DNA of 64,000 nt from Pseudolabrys sp. (GCA_035651015.1 DASRGN010000034.1:6800-70799), one strand, 5' to 3'. Shown: positions 49,611 to 59,459, counted from the stretch's first letter. Translations and numbers: made by a program. The notes: generated by a model from the sequence alone, not told the origin.

Positions 49611-51497
49611 CTACAAATCCTGCTCGATCCAGCTGCGCTGCACGTCTTCGCACCAGTTGCCGACGTTCCACTCGCCCCAGGCGCCGAGACCGCCGAGCTC
49701 GTGCGCCCCGCAATAGACCGGCACGTGGACGACCGAGAGGCCGTCATGCGCGTGCGCGGCTTTCAGCGCGGCCCCCAAGCTCGCCGCATCGAGCCCGCCA
49801 TTCAGTGCGTGAACGCCGGACGCGGCGGAGGCCAGGCGCACATAATCGACCGCGACACGGTCATTGGTGCGGAAGTCCTGCCCATATTGCGCGAGCTGCA
49901 GTCCAGTGATCGCCGCCATGCGGCGGTTGTCGAAGATCACGATCATGCCGCGAACGCCGTGCTCGACCGCATCGATCAGGATCTGCGGATTCATCATGAA
50001 GGAACCGTCGCCGCAGAAGGCGATGCCATAGCGCGGCTTGTCGGCTAGTGCTGAGGCGAGCAGCGCGCTCGGCGCGAAGCCCATGTAAGAGGCGCCGGCT
50101 TCGGTGAACGTGTCGCCCGTGCGGTCGTCCTCGACGATCTGGAAGCCGTTGGCCTGCACGTCGCCGGCGTCGAAGAACTTCGCCGCGCCGATCGATTTGG
50201 CAAAGTCGGTGACGATCTTGATCGCCGCCGGCTGCGGCAGCACCGCCTTGTCCCAGGCGGCATCGGCCAAGGGACCGGAGTCGAAGCGTGCACGCTTATA
50301 GGTGGCCCATTCCGCCTTCTTGGCGGCACAGGCGTCGAGCCAGGCACGCTTGTTACTGCTCGCCTTCGCCGCCTCAAGCTTTTGCGCCAGCCGGTCAGCG
50401 ACGGCGCCGATATCGCCTATGAGCGCCAACGTCTTGTTGTAGTGCAAGGCGTCGGCGAGATCACCGTTGATATTGATCACCGCTTGCGCCGACTTGTAGC
50501 CGATGCCGGAGCAGTCGGCCTGACACACGGCGCGCGAGCCCGCGACGACGAGGAGGTCGGCCTCGGCCATCGCGAAATTGCCGCTGATCGAACCCTTGGA
50601 GCCACCGACATGCATGTTTTGCGGATGCGCGTCGGGAAGCACACCGGTCGAACCGGGTGAGAGCACGACCGCGGCGCCCGCGGCTTCGGCGAGCCGACGC
50701 AGCGCCGCGTCATGTCCGCGTGTGCCGCCGCCGGCCTTGATGGCGACTTTCGCTGCTTTGGCGATCAGCGCCGCCGCCTGGTCGATTGCGGTATCGTCTG
50801 CCGGCGCGAGCTTCGGCAATTGCGGGCGCTCGGGCAGCGCCGCGACGTTCACCGTCAGGCGCGCCGGCTGGGTGTTGAGCGGCAACAGCAGATAAAACGG
50901 GCCGGCGCGATAGGGATGGTTGACGCAGAGCGCGCCGCGCCGTAGCGCGTCACGCACCGCTTCCGGCGTATGCAGCACATAGGACTGGCCGAGCGTCGCG
51001 GTCATGCGGCCGAACAGGCCCTGCTCCTCCTTCGGCACCTGCTGCATGTTGTAGCCTTCGCCGAAGGTCGTCTCGTCGCCATAGATGTGATAGACGCCGA
51101 CACCGTTCGAGGCGCTGGCCAGCGATCCAGCGAAGGCCTGCATCGCGCCAGGCCCGATCGAGGTCACCACTGCGGAGACTTCGCCATATTCCCAGCGCAG
51201 CGCGGTCGCCGCGTGCGCCATCTCCACTTCGTTGCGGCAATTGATGGTGCGGGTGACGCCTTCCGCTTCATAGATGCGCAGCACCTCGCCGAGATCGGTC
51301 GAGCCGTGGCCGAAGATGGCGAAATATTTGCGCACGCCCTGCTTGAGCAAGCCAAGCACCAGCGCTTCGGACAGCGTCGTCTCGATCAGCTTCGGGAAAC
51401 TTCCGTGAGACAGCGCCGCCGCAAGACCGCCAGCCTCGCGGATGGCGCGCGCGCGTGCGTGCATCGCGGCATGAGGATCGGTCTCACGATCGAGCAT
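49611..51497 (-). CDS. ThDP-dependent enzyme, IolD-like
   Basis: AIFGHG, RNEVEMAHAA, TSIGPGA, GDGSFMM...FDN ThDP motif. Confidence 0.82.
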   Translation of the reverse strand: MLDRETDPHAAMHARARAIREAGGLAAALSHGSFPKLIETTLSEALVLGLLKQGVRKYFAIFGHGSTDLGEVLRIYEAEGVTRTINCRNEVEMAHAATALRWEYGEVSAVVTSIGPGAMQAFAGSLASASNGVGVYHIYGDETTFGEGYNMQQVPKEEQGLFGRMTATLGQSYVLHTPEAVRDALRRGALCVNHPYRAGPFYLLLPLNTQPARLTVNVAALPERPQLPKLAPADDTAIDQAAALIAKAAKVAIKAGGGTRGHDAALRRLAEAAGAAVVLSPGSTGVLPDAHPQNMHVGGSKGSISGNFAMAEADLLVVAGSRAVCQADCSGIGYKSAQAVININGDLADALHYNKTLALIGDIGAVADRLAQKLEAAKASSNKRAWLDACAAKKAEWATYKRARFDSGPLADAAWDKAVLPQPAAIKIVTDFAKSIGAAKFFDAGDVQANGFQIVEDDRTGDTFTEAGASYMGFAPSALLASALADKPRYGIAFCGDGSFMMNPQILIDAVEHGVRGMIVIFDNRRMAAITGLQLAQYGQDFRTNDRVAVDYVRLASAASGVHALNGGLDAASLGAALKAAHAHDGLSVVHVPVYCGAHELGGLGAWGEWNVGNWCEDVQRSWIEQDL

Positions 51498-51507
51498 TGG
51501 AGTAGCC

Positions 51508-52491
51508 CTAGTTCGTCTTCGCTGCCGCCTCTTTGAGGATCGGCCCCCAGCGCTTGATCTCGGTGGTGAGCAGATGCTCGAGATTGGCCGGCCCACGCTC
51601 CTCCTTGGGCGGCACCGAGCCGCCAAGCGTGATCAGACGTTGCTGCACGGCGGGATCATCGAGGGTCTTGTCGAGCGCTTCGGCGAGCTTGTCGACAGCC
51701 TGTTTCGGCGTGCCCGCTGGCGCGAAGATCGCACTCCAGATGCTCATCTGGTAGTCCGGTGCGCCTGCAGTGATCGCCGGCGGCACGCCGGCCAACGCCG
51801 GCACCGGCGCCGGCGCCGAGACGGCATAGGCTTTGACGGTCCCGCTCTTTACGGCCGGGGCGACACTGACGATCTGCTCGCAGAAGAAATCGACATGTCC
51901 GCCGATCACATCGTTGAGCGCCGGGCCGGTGCCACGATAGGCGACGAGCGCCGGCTTCAATCCGAGCTTGGCGGTGAACAGAAGGCACGCCATGTGCGAG
52001 GACGAGCCGATGCCGCCATGAGCCTGCTTCACCTTATCGCCGTTCTCCTTGAGATAGGCGATGAACTCCTTGAGATCCTTGGCCGGGAAGTCCTTGCGCG
52101 CGATGATCGCCGCCGGCGCGTGCGCGGTCAGCCCGATCGGCGTGAAATCCTTGGTCGAGTCGTATTTCAGGTTCGGGTAGAAGGCCGGCGCGGCAACATG
52201 CGAGCCCATGCTGGCGGCGAGCAAAGTGTAGCCGTCGGCATCAGCCGCCGCGGCACGCGCAGTACCGATGGTGCCGCCGGCACCGCCGACATTCTCGATG
52301 ATGACCGATTGCCCCAGCACCCGCCCCATGCCGTCGGCCATGATGCGCGCGACAACATCACTCGGCCCGCCGGCAGGGTAAGGCACGATCATGGTGATGG
52401 TGCGCGACGGGTAGTTTTGTGCTCCGGCCGATGCGGCCATGCACAGCAATGCGGCGCCCGCAACCACCGCTTTCCGAACCCCACGCATCAC
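51508..52491 (-). CDS. Bug/TctC substrate-binding protein
   Basis: VPYPAGGPSD, ENVGGAGG, YRGTGPAL. Confidence 0.93.
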   Translation of the reverse strand: MMRGVRKAVVAGAALLCMAASAGAQNYPSRTITMIVPYPAGGPSDVVARIMADGMGRVLGQSVIIENVGGAGGTIGTARAAAADADGYTLLAASMGSHVAAPAFYPNLKYDSTKDFTPIGLTAHAPAAIIARKDFPAKDLKEFIAYLKENGDKVKQAHGGIGSSSHMACLLFTAKLGLKPALVAYRGTGPALNDVIGGHVDFFCEQIVSVAPAVKSGTVKAYAVSAPAPVPALAGVPPAITAGAPDYQMSIWSAIFAPAGTPKQAVDKLAEALDKTLDDPAVQQRLITLGGSVPPKEERGPANLEHLLTTEIKRWGPILKEAAAKTN

Positions 52492-52528
52492 ATCGTCTCC
52501 CTATTCCCAGTGTTCTTGTCCGTCGTCT

Positions 52529-53395
52529 TCAAAGCTTCAATTGTCCGCCGAGCAACCCCGATTTGATCAGCGAGGCAAACAGCGCATCATCATGGGTCAC
52601 CAGAATCGCAAGCTCGCGCTCATTGCGGCTCGTAGCATTGAGCCAGCGCAGCTGGCCCATGATCCGCGGCACATCCTCTTTCACCCAGGGCGCAGCCTTG
52701 CCCTTGATGCGGCGGATGTTCTCCATGTTCCAGGCGGAGTCGACGCTGTGCAGCACCTCGCGGCCGGAGGCGAGTGCGATGAACACCATTTGCGAATCGA
52801 CGCTGTGGCCGGGCGCTTTGATGAGCACGATACCTGGCGCGACCGGATAATATTGCCGGTAGTCGAGCAGCACGAAGCGATTCACGACCTCAGACGCGAG
52901 CTTGAGATGCGGCCGGTGCGGTGTCTCCACCATGCAGCGCGCCATCTCGCTGCTGACGATGGTTTTCCCCGCCAGCTCGGCGAAATTCGCCGCAGTGAGC
53001 ACGCCGCCGACGTGATCGGCATGATGGTGCGTGAGCACGATCAGCCGCGCAGCGTCGAGCGCGCGCTTGAGCTTCGCGAATTCCTCCGGGAAATACGGCT
53101 CCTGCCCGCCGAAGGATTCGTGGGTGGTCTGATCGAAGCCCGAATCAATCATCACCGTGCAGTCGGGATAGACCACCTGATAGGCAGTGCGCGGCATGGT
53201 CACCGGCGTGTCGTCGCCACCCTCGATGACGAAGCGTTGCGGACGGATGCTCGCGGCGATGCGCGCGCCATTCACGGCAATCGGCAGCGCGCCGGGAAGC
53301 ACACGCGCCAGCTTGCGGACGATGGGCAGATCGACGTCGAACGGGATTTCCGCCGCCCAAGCCTCCGTCCTGCTCGCTGCGCTCACTGCACTCAT
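52529..53395 (-). CDS. Metallo-beta-lactamase fold hydrolase
   Basis: THHHADH, APGH, VDSAW, VTHD. Confidence 0.85.
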   Translation of the reverse strand: MSAVSAASRTEAWAAEIPFDVDLPIVRKLARVLPGALPIAVNGARIAASIRPQRFVIEGGDDTPVTMPRTAYQVVYPDCTVMIDSGFDQTTHESFGGQEPYFPEEFAKLKRALDAARLIVLTHHHADHVGGVLTAANFAELAGKTIVSSEMARCMVETPHRPHLKLASEVVNRFVLLDYRQYYPVAPGIVLIKAPGHSVDSQMVFIALASGREVLHSVDSAWNMENIRRIKGKAAPWVKEDVPRIMGQLRWLNATSRNERELAILVTHDDALFASLIKSGLLGGQLKL

Positions 53396-53404
53396 GCGCG
53401 CATC

Positions 53405-54415
53405 CTACTCCGCCGCCTGCAGTGCAGCGCGGCGCTCTTTGTCGCGGATCGCCATCAGCACCTTCTCCGGCGTCGCCGGAAGCGAGGTGATGCGCACACC
53501 GACGGCATCATAAATCGCGTTCATGATCGCCGGAATGGTCGGCACCATGGCCGGCTCGCCGATGCCTTTGACGCCGAGTGGTCCGATCGGATCCGGATCC
53601 TCGACGATGATCGAGTTGATCTGCGGCACATCGAGCGACGTGGGCAGGATGTATTTGGCAAAGCCCGATGTGCTGGTGCGGCCCTGCTCGAGCTTGTAGT
53701 CCTCCATCAGGCCTTGGCCGAGTGCCTGCACGATACCGCCCTCGATCTGGCCTTCGACGCCCTTGGGGTTGACGGCACGGCCGACGTCGTGCGCGGCCCA
53801 GATGCCGAGCACCTGCACTTCGCCGGTGACCGTGTCGACCTCGACCTCGGCGACCTGGCAGCCGAACACATAGGCCTGCCAAGGCTTGCCGGCACCGTCG
53901 ACGGGATCGAGCCCGCCGGTATCGGTGCCGAAGGATGCGGAGCCAACCGGCACCAACCCGCGCGACTTCGCGAGCTTGATCGCCTCGTCCATGGTGATGC
54001 GATGATTGCTGTCGTCGGCCCACACCTCGCCATTGGCGGTGTGGATGCGCTCGGCCGCGACATCCCACTGACCGGCGAGAAAATCGACCAGCTTGCCGCG
54101 CGCCTCGCGGCAAGCGAGCGCGACCACATTGCCGATCATGTAGGTCTGTCGAGTCGCGCCGGCATGCGCGGCCTCCGGCGACCGTGCGGTGTCGTTGTCG
54201 CCGATCACGATGTCTTGCGGACGGATGCCGAGCTCCTGCGCGGCGATCTGCGCCAGCACGGTGAGGATGCCTTCGCCGATCTCGGTGACGCCGGTGACGA
54301 TCTTGGCGGTGCCGCCGTCGTCGAGCTCGGCCCAGGCGCCGGCGCGATCGACCGTCGCGGTCCGGGCGATCCCGTACCAGCACGCCGCCATGCCCCTGCC
54401 GCGCTTGCGAGCCAT
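53405..54415 (-). CDS. Molybdenum hydroxylase, C-terminal Mo-binding (medium) subunit
   Basis: KRGRGMAACWYG start, EIGEG, GQIEGG, KGIGEP catalytic Glu; own GGAG RBS. Confidence 0.88.
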   Translation of the reverse strand: MARKRGRGMAACWYGIARTATVDRAGAWAELDDGGTAKIVTGVTEIGEGILTVLAQIAAQELGIRPQDIVIGDNDTARSPEAAHAGATRQTYMIGNVVALACREARGKLVDFLAGQWDVAAERIHTANGEVWADDSNHRITMDEAIKLAKSRGLVPVGSASFGTDTGGLDPVDGAGKPWQAYVFGCQVAEVEVDTVTGEVQVLGIWAAHDVGRAVNPKGVEGQIEGGIVQALGQGLMEDYKLEQGRTSTSGFAKYILPTSLDVPQINSIIVEDPDPIGPLGVKGIGEPAMVPTIPAIMNAIYDAVGVRITSLPATPEKVLMAIRDKERRAALQAAE

Positions 54416-54418
54416 CGC

Positions 54419-56296
54419 CTACTCCGCCGCCTCTTGCCGGTCGGGGTTGTTGAACCGTGCGCCCAGCGCGCAGGGCGGACGCATGCCGTTGCGATTGAGA
54501 TCGCGCCGCGTGGCGCCGCGCGAGGTCGGTGCGCCGGCTTCCCAGCCGGAGCCCTCCTCTGCCGCGTCGAGCACACGCGTGAGGCTCACCGAATTGAGCG
54601 TCTGCTTGGTGTGCGTCCTCGCGCCGTCGCGCATGGCATTGATACGACGGATCGCGAATGGATCGAGCCCGAGCCGCTCGGCGCAGATGTCGAGATGCGT
54701 CTCCGTGGCGAATTGCGTTTGCAGCGCGCCGAAGCTGCGGAAAGCGCCGGACGGCGTGTTGTTGGTGTAGATGCCGTAGGTGTCCACCTGCACGTTCGGG
54801 ATGGCATAGGGCCCGGCGCCGAGGATCGCGGCCTTGCGCATCACGCCCTCGGTCGACAGCCCATAGGCGCCGCCGTCGCAGATCATCGTCATGTGCGAGG
54901 CGAGGATGCGCCCTTCCCGCGTCAGCCCCATGCGCAAGGTGGTGCGCGAGGGATGCCGCTTCGCCGTGGAGACGATCGATTCCTCCCGGGTGAAGACCAG
55001 CCGCACCGGCCGCCGCGTCTGCATCGCCAGCAGCGCCAGCATGCCCTGGTAGATCATGTCCTCCTTGCCGCCGAAGCCGCCGCCCACCGGGCTCATGATG
55101 AAGCGCACCTTGCTGATCGGCTTGGCAATGATGCGCGCCAGCATGTGGCGGTGATGCGTGATGTTCTGGCTCGGCGACACCACCGTGACCACGCCGTCGG
55201 CATCGACGTAGGAAAGCCCAGCCTCGGGCTCTAGATAAGCGTGCTCGATCGGCTGCGTCTCATAGGTCTCCTCGACCACCAGATCGGATTCGGCAAAGCC
55301 CTTGCGCACATCGCCGACGCGGATCGGGATGTGCTTGGTGAGGTTGTCCGGCGCGTAGTCGTGCAGCACCGGCGCGCCGGGCTGCCTCGCCGCCTCGGGA
55401 TTAAACACCGCGGGCAGCGGCTCGTAGATCACTTTGATCGCATCACAGGCGCGCCGCGCGGTCAACGGATCTTCCGCGGCAACCGCCGCGATTGCCTCGC
55501 CGATATAGCGCACCTTGTCGCGCGCCATGATCGGCTGATCGTTGACGAAGACACCGAAGCCATCGACGCCGGGCACATCGGCGCTGGTGATCACGCCCTC
55601 GACACCGTCCATCGCGGCAGCCACTGAGGTGTCGATCGAGACGATGCGCGCATGCGGATGCGGCGAGCGCAGCACCTGCACATGCAGCATGCCGGGCATC
55701 AGCATGTCGCCGGCATATTTGAGCGCGCCGGAGACCTTCGAGGGCGCATCGATGCGCCGCACATTGGCGCCGATGAAGTGGCCTTCGTCGGCTTCCGCTT
55801 CGGCGAGCGCGGTCGCCGGCAGTCGGCCGTTCTGCACATCGCGAGCGAGCTCGACCGCGTCGAAGATCTTCTGATAACCGGTGCAGCGGCAGATGTTGCC
55901 GCCGAGCCGTTCCTTGATCTCCTCGCGATCGGCGAACGGATTGGCGCGCAGCGCCGCGGTTGCCGCCATCACCATGCCGGGAATGCAGTAGCCGCATTGG
56001 CTGGCGCCGGCCTTGTGGAACGCCTGCTGCAGCACGCTGAGCTCGCCGGTCTTGGCCAGCGCTTCGACCGTCTCGATGCTCGCGCCCTGCGCCTTGGCGA
56101 CCGGCATCAGGCAAGACTTGTGCAGCACACCGTCCACAAAGACCGAGCAAGTGCCACACTCGCCGGCACCGCAGCCTTCCTTGTTGCCGGTGAGATTGAG
56201 GTCGTCGCGGATAAAATCGAGCAGCCGCTGATACGGTTTGGCATTGCGCTTGACCTTGCGGCCGTTGACGGTGGCCTCGATGTGGAGGTCAGGCAT
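54419..56296 (-). CDS. Molybdenum hydroxylase, fused 2Fe-2S plus N-terminal Mo-binding subunit
   Basis: GCGAGECGTC, QCGYC, NICRCTGY, then KVSGALKY, SPSQN, GGGFGGKED, AFRSFG. Confidence 0.9.
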   Translation of the reverse strand: MPDLHIEATVNGRKVKRNAKPYQRLLDFIRDDLNLTGNKEGCGAGECGTCSVFVDGVLHKSCLMPVAKAQGASIETVEALAKTGELSVLQQAFHKAGASQCGYCIPGMVMAATAALRANPFADREEIKERLGGNICRCTGYQKIFDAVELARDVQNGRLPATALAEAEADEGHFIGANVRRIDAPSKVSGALKYAGDMLMPGMLHVQVLRSPHPHARIVSIDTSVAAAMDGVEGVITSADVPGVDGFGVFVNDQPIMARDKVRYIGEAIAAVAAEDPLTARRACDAIKVIYEPLPAVFNPEAARQPGAPVLHDYAPDNLTKHIPIRVGDVRKGFAESDLVVEETYETQPIEHAYLEPEAGLSYVDADGVVTVVSPSQNITHHRHMLARIIAKPISKVRFIMSPVGGGFGGKEDMIYQGMLALLAMQTRRPVRLVFTREESIVSTAKRHPSRTTLRMGLTREGRILASHMTMICDGGAYGLSTEGVMRKAAILGAGPYAIPNVQVDTYGIYTNNTPSGAFRSFGALQTQFATETHLDICAERLGLDPFAIRRINAMRDGARTHTKQTLNSVSLTRVLDAAEEGSGWEAGAPTSRGATRRDLNRNGMRPPCALGARFNNPDRQEAAE

Positions 56297-57209
56297 AGGC
56301 CGCCTCCAGCGCGGGCGCGAGCGCTTGCGGATCGGCGCCGGCGCGGCGCGCGGCATTGAAGAGCCCGCGCACGACAAAGCCGCGCACCACCTCGCGGCGA
56401 TACTCCTGCCGCGTGCGTGAGGCGACGCGCCCGATCGGCATCTCAGCGGCGCGTTCCAGCAAATCCACGGACAGCACGGCGCCGCGCAGAGCGCCCTCGA
56501 CCTCGGCGAGCCGCTGCGGCGTCGCGGCAACGCCGGCGAGCGCCAGCCGCGCATCTTCGATGACGCGACCAGCCGCATCGAGCCGCAGCAGCGCCGCCAG
56601 GCAAACGGTGGAAATGACCAGCGAGCGGCGGTGCCCGACCTTCTCGAAGCTACCGCCGTAACCCGGCAGCGCGTCGCATTCAATGGCGATGAGCAGCTCG
56701 CCCGGCTCGAGCGCCGTCTTGCCGGCACCGCGGACGAAGGCGGCGAGAGGCATGCGCCGGCGGACGATCTGGCCTTGCTGTCGCACAGCAAGTTCGATCT
56801 GCGCATCATGTGCCAGCAGGCACGGCGTGCCGTCGGCGGCCGGCGAGGCATTGACGAGATTGCCGCCGATCGTCGCCTGCTCGCGGATCTGATCATCGGC
56901 GAACCACACCGCGCAACGCGGCATGTCAGGCATGGCGCGCTGCAACGCCGGGTCGTCGAGAAAGCGCTGGATCGGCGTCGCCGCCCCGAGGCGGACGCGT
57001 TTCTCCTCGACGCGCCGCTCGCGCAGCTCGGGAATGCGGGTCACGTCGATCAGAGCGGGGATATGCACGTCGCCGGCGCGGCCTTGTCGCGCCCAGGGCA
57101 GCGTGTCGGTCGCGCCGGCGACGATCCGATAGGCGCCGCGATGGGCGTCCATCGCGTCGAACGCCTCATCCAGCGAGCGCGGCGTCAGGTAGTCGTCGCA
57201 GGTGAGCAC
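56289..57209 (-). CDS. Molybdenum hydroxylase FAD subunit
   Basis: VAGATD, QIREQATIGGNLVNASPAADG; GTG start. Confidence 0.9.
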   Translation of the reverse strand: MLTCDDYLTPRSLDEAFDAMDAHRGAYRIVAGATDTLPWARQGRAGDVHIPALIDVTRIPELRERRVEEKRVRLGAATPIQRFLDDPALQRAMPDMPRCAVWFADDQIREQATIGGNLVNASPAADGTPCLLAHDAQIELAVRQQGQIVRRRMPLAAFVRGAGKTALEPGELLIAIECDALPGYGGSFEKVGHRRSLVISTVCLAALLRLDAAGRVIEDARLALAGVAATPQRLAEVEGALRGAVLSVDLLERAAEMPIGRVASRTRQEYRREVVRGFVVRGLFNAARRAGADPQALAPALEAAYA

Positions 57210-57257
57210 GTCTGCATTTCCTTGTTGATCCCGGCGATCAGCGAGGATCAGGAGGAA

Positions 57258-58421
57258 TTACTCCGCAGCTTCCTTCTGCACGGCATCCATCTTGCGCTTC
57301 ACCACCACCTTGATCGCGTCTTCGATGCGGTCTTTGGCGTAGCGGATCGCTGTCGGCAGATCCTCCAGCGGGAAGGTGTGGGTATGGATCTTGGTCGCGT
57401 CGAAGCGTTTCTGCCGCATGAAGGCTTCGGCGCGATGCGTGGCGCTCTTGCCTTCGCCGCGGATGCCGTAAACGTAGATGTTGTTGCGCACGATATGCGC
57501 GATATCGACCGCGGCATCCTCGTGCGGGAACGCGGCGAGGCAGACCCGGCCGCCGCGATTGACCATGCGCACGGCTTCATTGACGGCATTCGCCGCCGCG
57601 GAGCATTCGACCACGTAGTCGACGCCCTTGCCGCCATTGAGCCGGCGCACGGCCTCGACCGCATCTTCCTTGCGCACATTGACGACGTGGTCGGCGCCGA
57701 GCTCCTGACCGATCTTCAACCGGTTGTCGCGCGTGCCGGTGAGGATGACCGGCTGCGCGCCGAGCGCCTTGGCGACCGCGACCGCCATCAGGCCGATCGG
57801 ACCCGGACCGGTGACCGCGACGCTCTCACCGGCAACGAGGCCGCCGAGCTCGGTGAGGCCGTACATCGCCGTGCCGGCGGTGACGACCAGCGTACCCTCC
57901 TCATCCGACATGTCGTCCTGGATGGCGACCAGGGTGTTGATGTTGTTGACCTGGTACTCGCAGAAGCCGCCGTCGGTGGTGAAGCCGTTGGCGCGGTGGC
58001 CTTTGTCCACGTCGCCGTAGTTGAGCCCATAGTTGTGGCACGAGGTGTACATACCTTCGCGGCAGCGTTTGCACTGCCCGCAGCCGGCATGGATCTCCAC
58101 CGCGATGCGCTGGCCGATCTTGTACTCGTCGACGCCGGGACCGAGCGCGACCACCGTGCCCATATATTCATGCCCAGGCGTGAAGTTCTTGTTATAGGGC
58201 GCGCCGCCTTGGATGATCGCCGGCGGACCGTGATAGATGATCTCGAGGTCGGTGGCGCAGATCGCGACCGCGTCGATGCGCACCAGCACTTCCGCGCGCT
58301 TGGGTACCGGCACCGGCTTGTCCTTGAGGATGAGCTGACCAGGATCGCCGAGCACCCAGGCCTTCATCGTATCCGGGACCGGAAACTCCTTGCTGGTCTT
58401 CACACCGGCGGGCGCGTACAT
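57258..58421 (-). CDS. Zn-dependent (MDR) polyol/threonine dehydrogenase-like protein
   Basis: CATD, GHEY, CGQCKRCREGMYTSC, GPGPIG. Confidence 0.92.
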   Translation of the reverse strand: MYAPAGVKTSKEFPVPDTMKAWVLGDPGQLILKDKPVPVPKRAEVLVRIDAVAICATDLEIIYHGPPAIIQGGAPYNKNFTPGHEYMGTVVALGPGVDEYKIGQRIAVEIHAGCGQCKRCREGMYTSCHNYGLNYGDVDKGHRANGFTTDGGFCEYQVNNINTLVAIQDDMSDEEGTLVVTAGTAMYGLTELGGLVAGESVAVTGPGPIGLMAVAVAKALGAQPVILTGTRDNRLKIGQELGADHVVNVRKEDAVEAVRRLNGGKGVDYVVECSAAANAVNEAVRMVNRGGRVCLAAFPHEDAAVDIAHIVRNNIYVYGIRGEGKSATHRAEAFMRQKRFDATKIHTHTFPLEDLPTAIRYAKDRIEDAIKVVVKRKMDAVQKEAAE

Positions 58422-58462
58422 CACTGTCTCCCAATCGTCATTCGCTCCGGACTACTCCGGCT

Positions 58463-59305
58463 TTATTCCGCGGCTTGTGGCCGTTCGATCTGCGCGCCGA
58501 GCTCGGCGCTGAGCCCGCGCGCGGCAGCGACCACTTCCGTGCACATCAGCTCGATGTGCTCATCGCTTGCGCGCATGCTCGGGGTCGAGGCGCTGATCGC
58601 GCCGACCACGGTGCCGGCCTGGTCGCGGATCGCGGCACCGATGCAGATCACGCCCGGCTGGAATTCCTCGCGATCGAAGGCAAAGCCCTTGCGGCGGACG
58701 AGGCGCAGATCCTCGATCAGCTCGGCAAAATCGGTGATGGTCTGCGGCGTGAACCGCGTCATGCCGCCGGAGAGGATGCGGCGCATCTCGTCCTCGGGCA
58801 GCCAGGCGAGCATGGCCTTGCCGATCGCGGTGGCATGTGCCGCCTCGGTGCGGCCGGCGCCGCCGGTGGTGACGCGCACGGCGTGCCGCGACTCCCGTGT
58901 CAGCAGCGTAACGATCGCCTCGCCCTGCAATGCGGCGAGCAGCACGGTTTCGCCGGTGGTGCGGCTGATGCGGTCGATGAACGGCTGCGCCCGGCGCGGC
59001 AGGTCGACCTGCAGGCAGGCATGGCCGAGATAGAGAATGCGCGCCCCCAGCGCGTAAAGCCTGCGGCCGGGGACCTTGGCGGCGAAGCCGCGCATAATCA
59101 ACGTCGCCAGAAGATGATGGCAGGTCGAGATGTTGAGCCCGGTGCGGTTCGACAGCTCGGTCAGCGTCGCCTCGCCGCCGCATTCGGCGATGGTCTCGAG
59201 CAGGAACAGCGCGCGATCGACAGACTGAATGCTGTGCCGCTCCGCGCCGGTGCGCGCCTTCGGTTTGATGCTCGCAACCGGCTTGGTCTCAGCCTTGGCG
59301 TCCAT
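58463..59305 (-). CDS. IclR family regulator
   Basis: IQSVDRAL, TLTELSNRTGLNISTCHHLL, HATAIGKA, FDREE. Confidence 0.95.
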   Translation of the reverse strand: MDAKAETKPVASIKPKARTGAERHSIQSVDRALFLLETIAECGGEATLTELSNRTGLNISTCHHLLATLIMRGFAAKVPGRRLYALGARILYLGHACLQVDLPRRAQPFIDRISRTTGETVLLAALQGEAIVTLLTRESRHAVRVTTGGAGRTEAAHATAIGKAMLAWLPEDEMRRILSGGMTRFTPQTITDFAELIEDLRLVRRKGFAFDREEFQPGVICIGAAIRDQAGTVVGAISASTPSMRASDEHIELMCTEVVAAARGLSAELGAQIERPQAAE

Positions 59306-59459
59306 GACAGGCCCCTCAATGGTCGGCCGAAGCAAATGGGTCCGAAGGGTTGAAGTCAAGCAATTTTCGAAATGGCGAATTGGACTTTCATAACACGAAA
59401 ATGGTGCGAAAGGACCCTCTCCTCGACGAGCGCCTAACCAATTGATGGATTGTCAGATT

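Noticed and set aside
49611-51497. Canonical myo-inositol catabolic operon
   Set aside because: No iolG/iolE/iolB/iolC in the window, so the gene symbol iolD is withheld.
54415-54421. Stop between the two Mo-subunit halves as a pseudogene lesion
   Set aside because: The second ORF has its own RBS and ATG, and the break matches a known natural split point.
52439-55234. 931-aa plus-strand ORF, and similar long antisense ORFs (56631-59033, 12683-14329, 30936-32288)
   Set aside because: Shadow frames of high-GC genes on the opposite strand; no recognisable motifs.
59364-59400. TTCG-N6-CGAA and TTTC-N7-GAAA palindromes upstream of the second IclR
   Set aside because: Short, with inconsistent spacing; plausible but not supportable.
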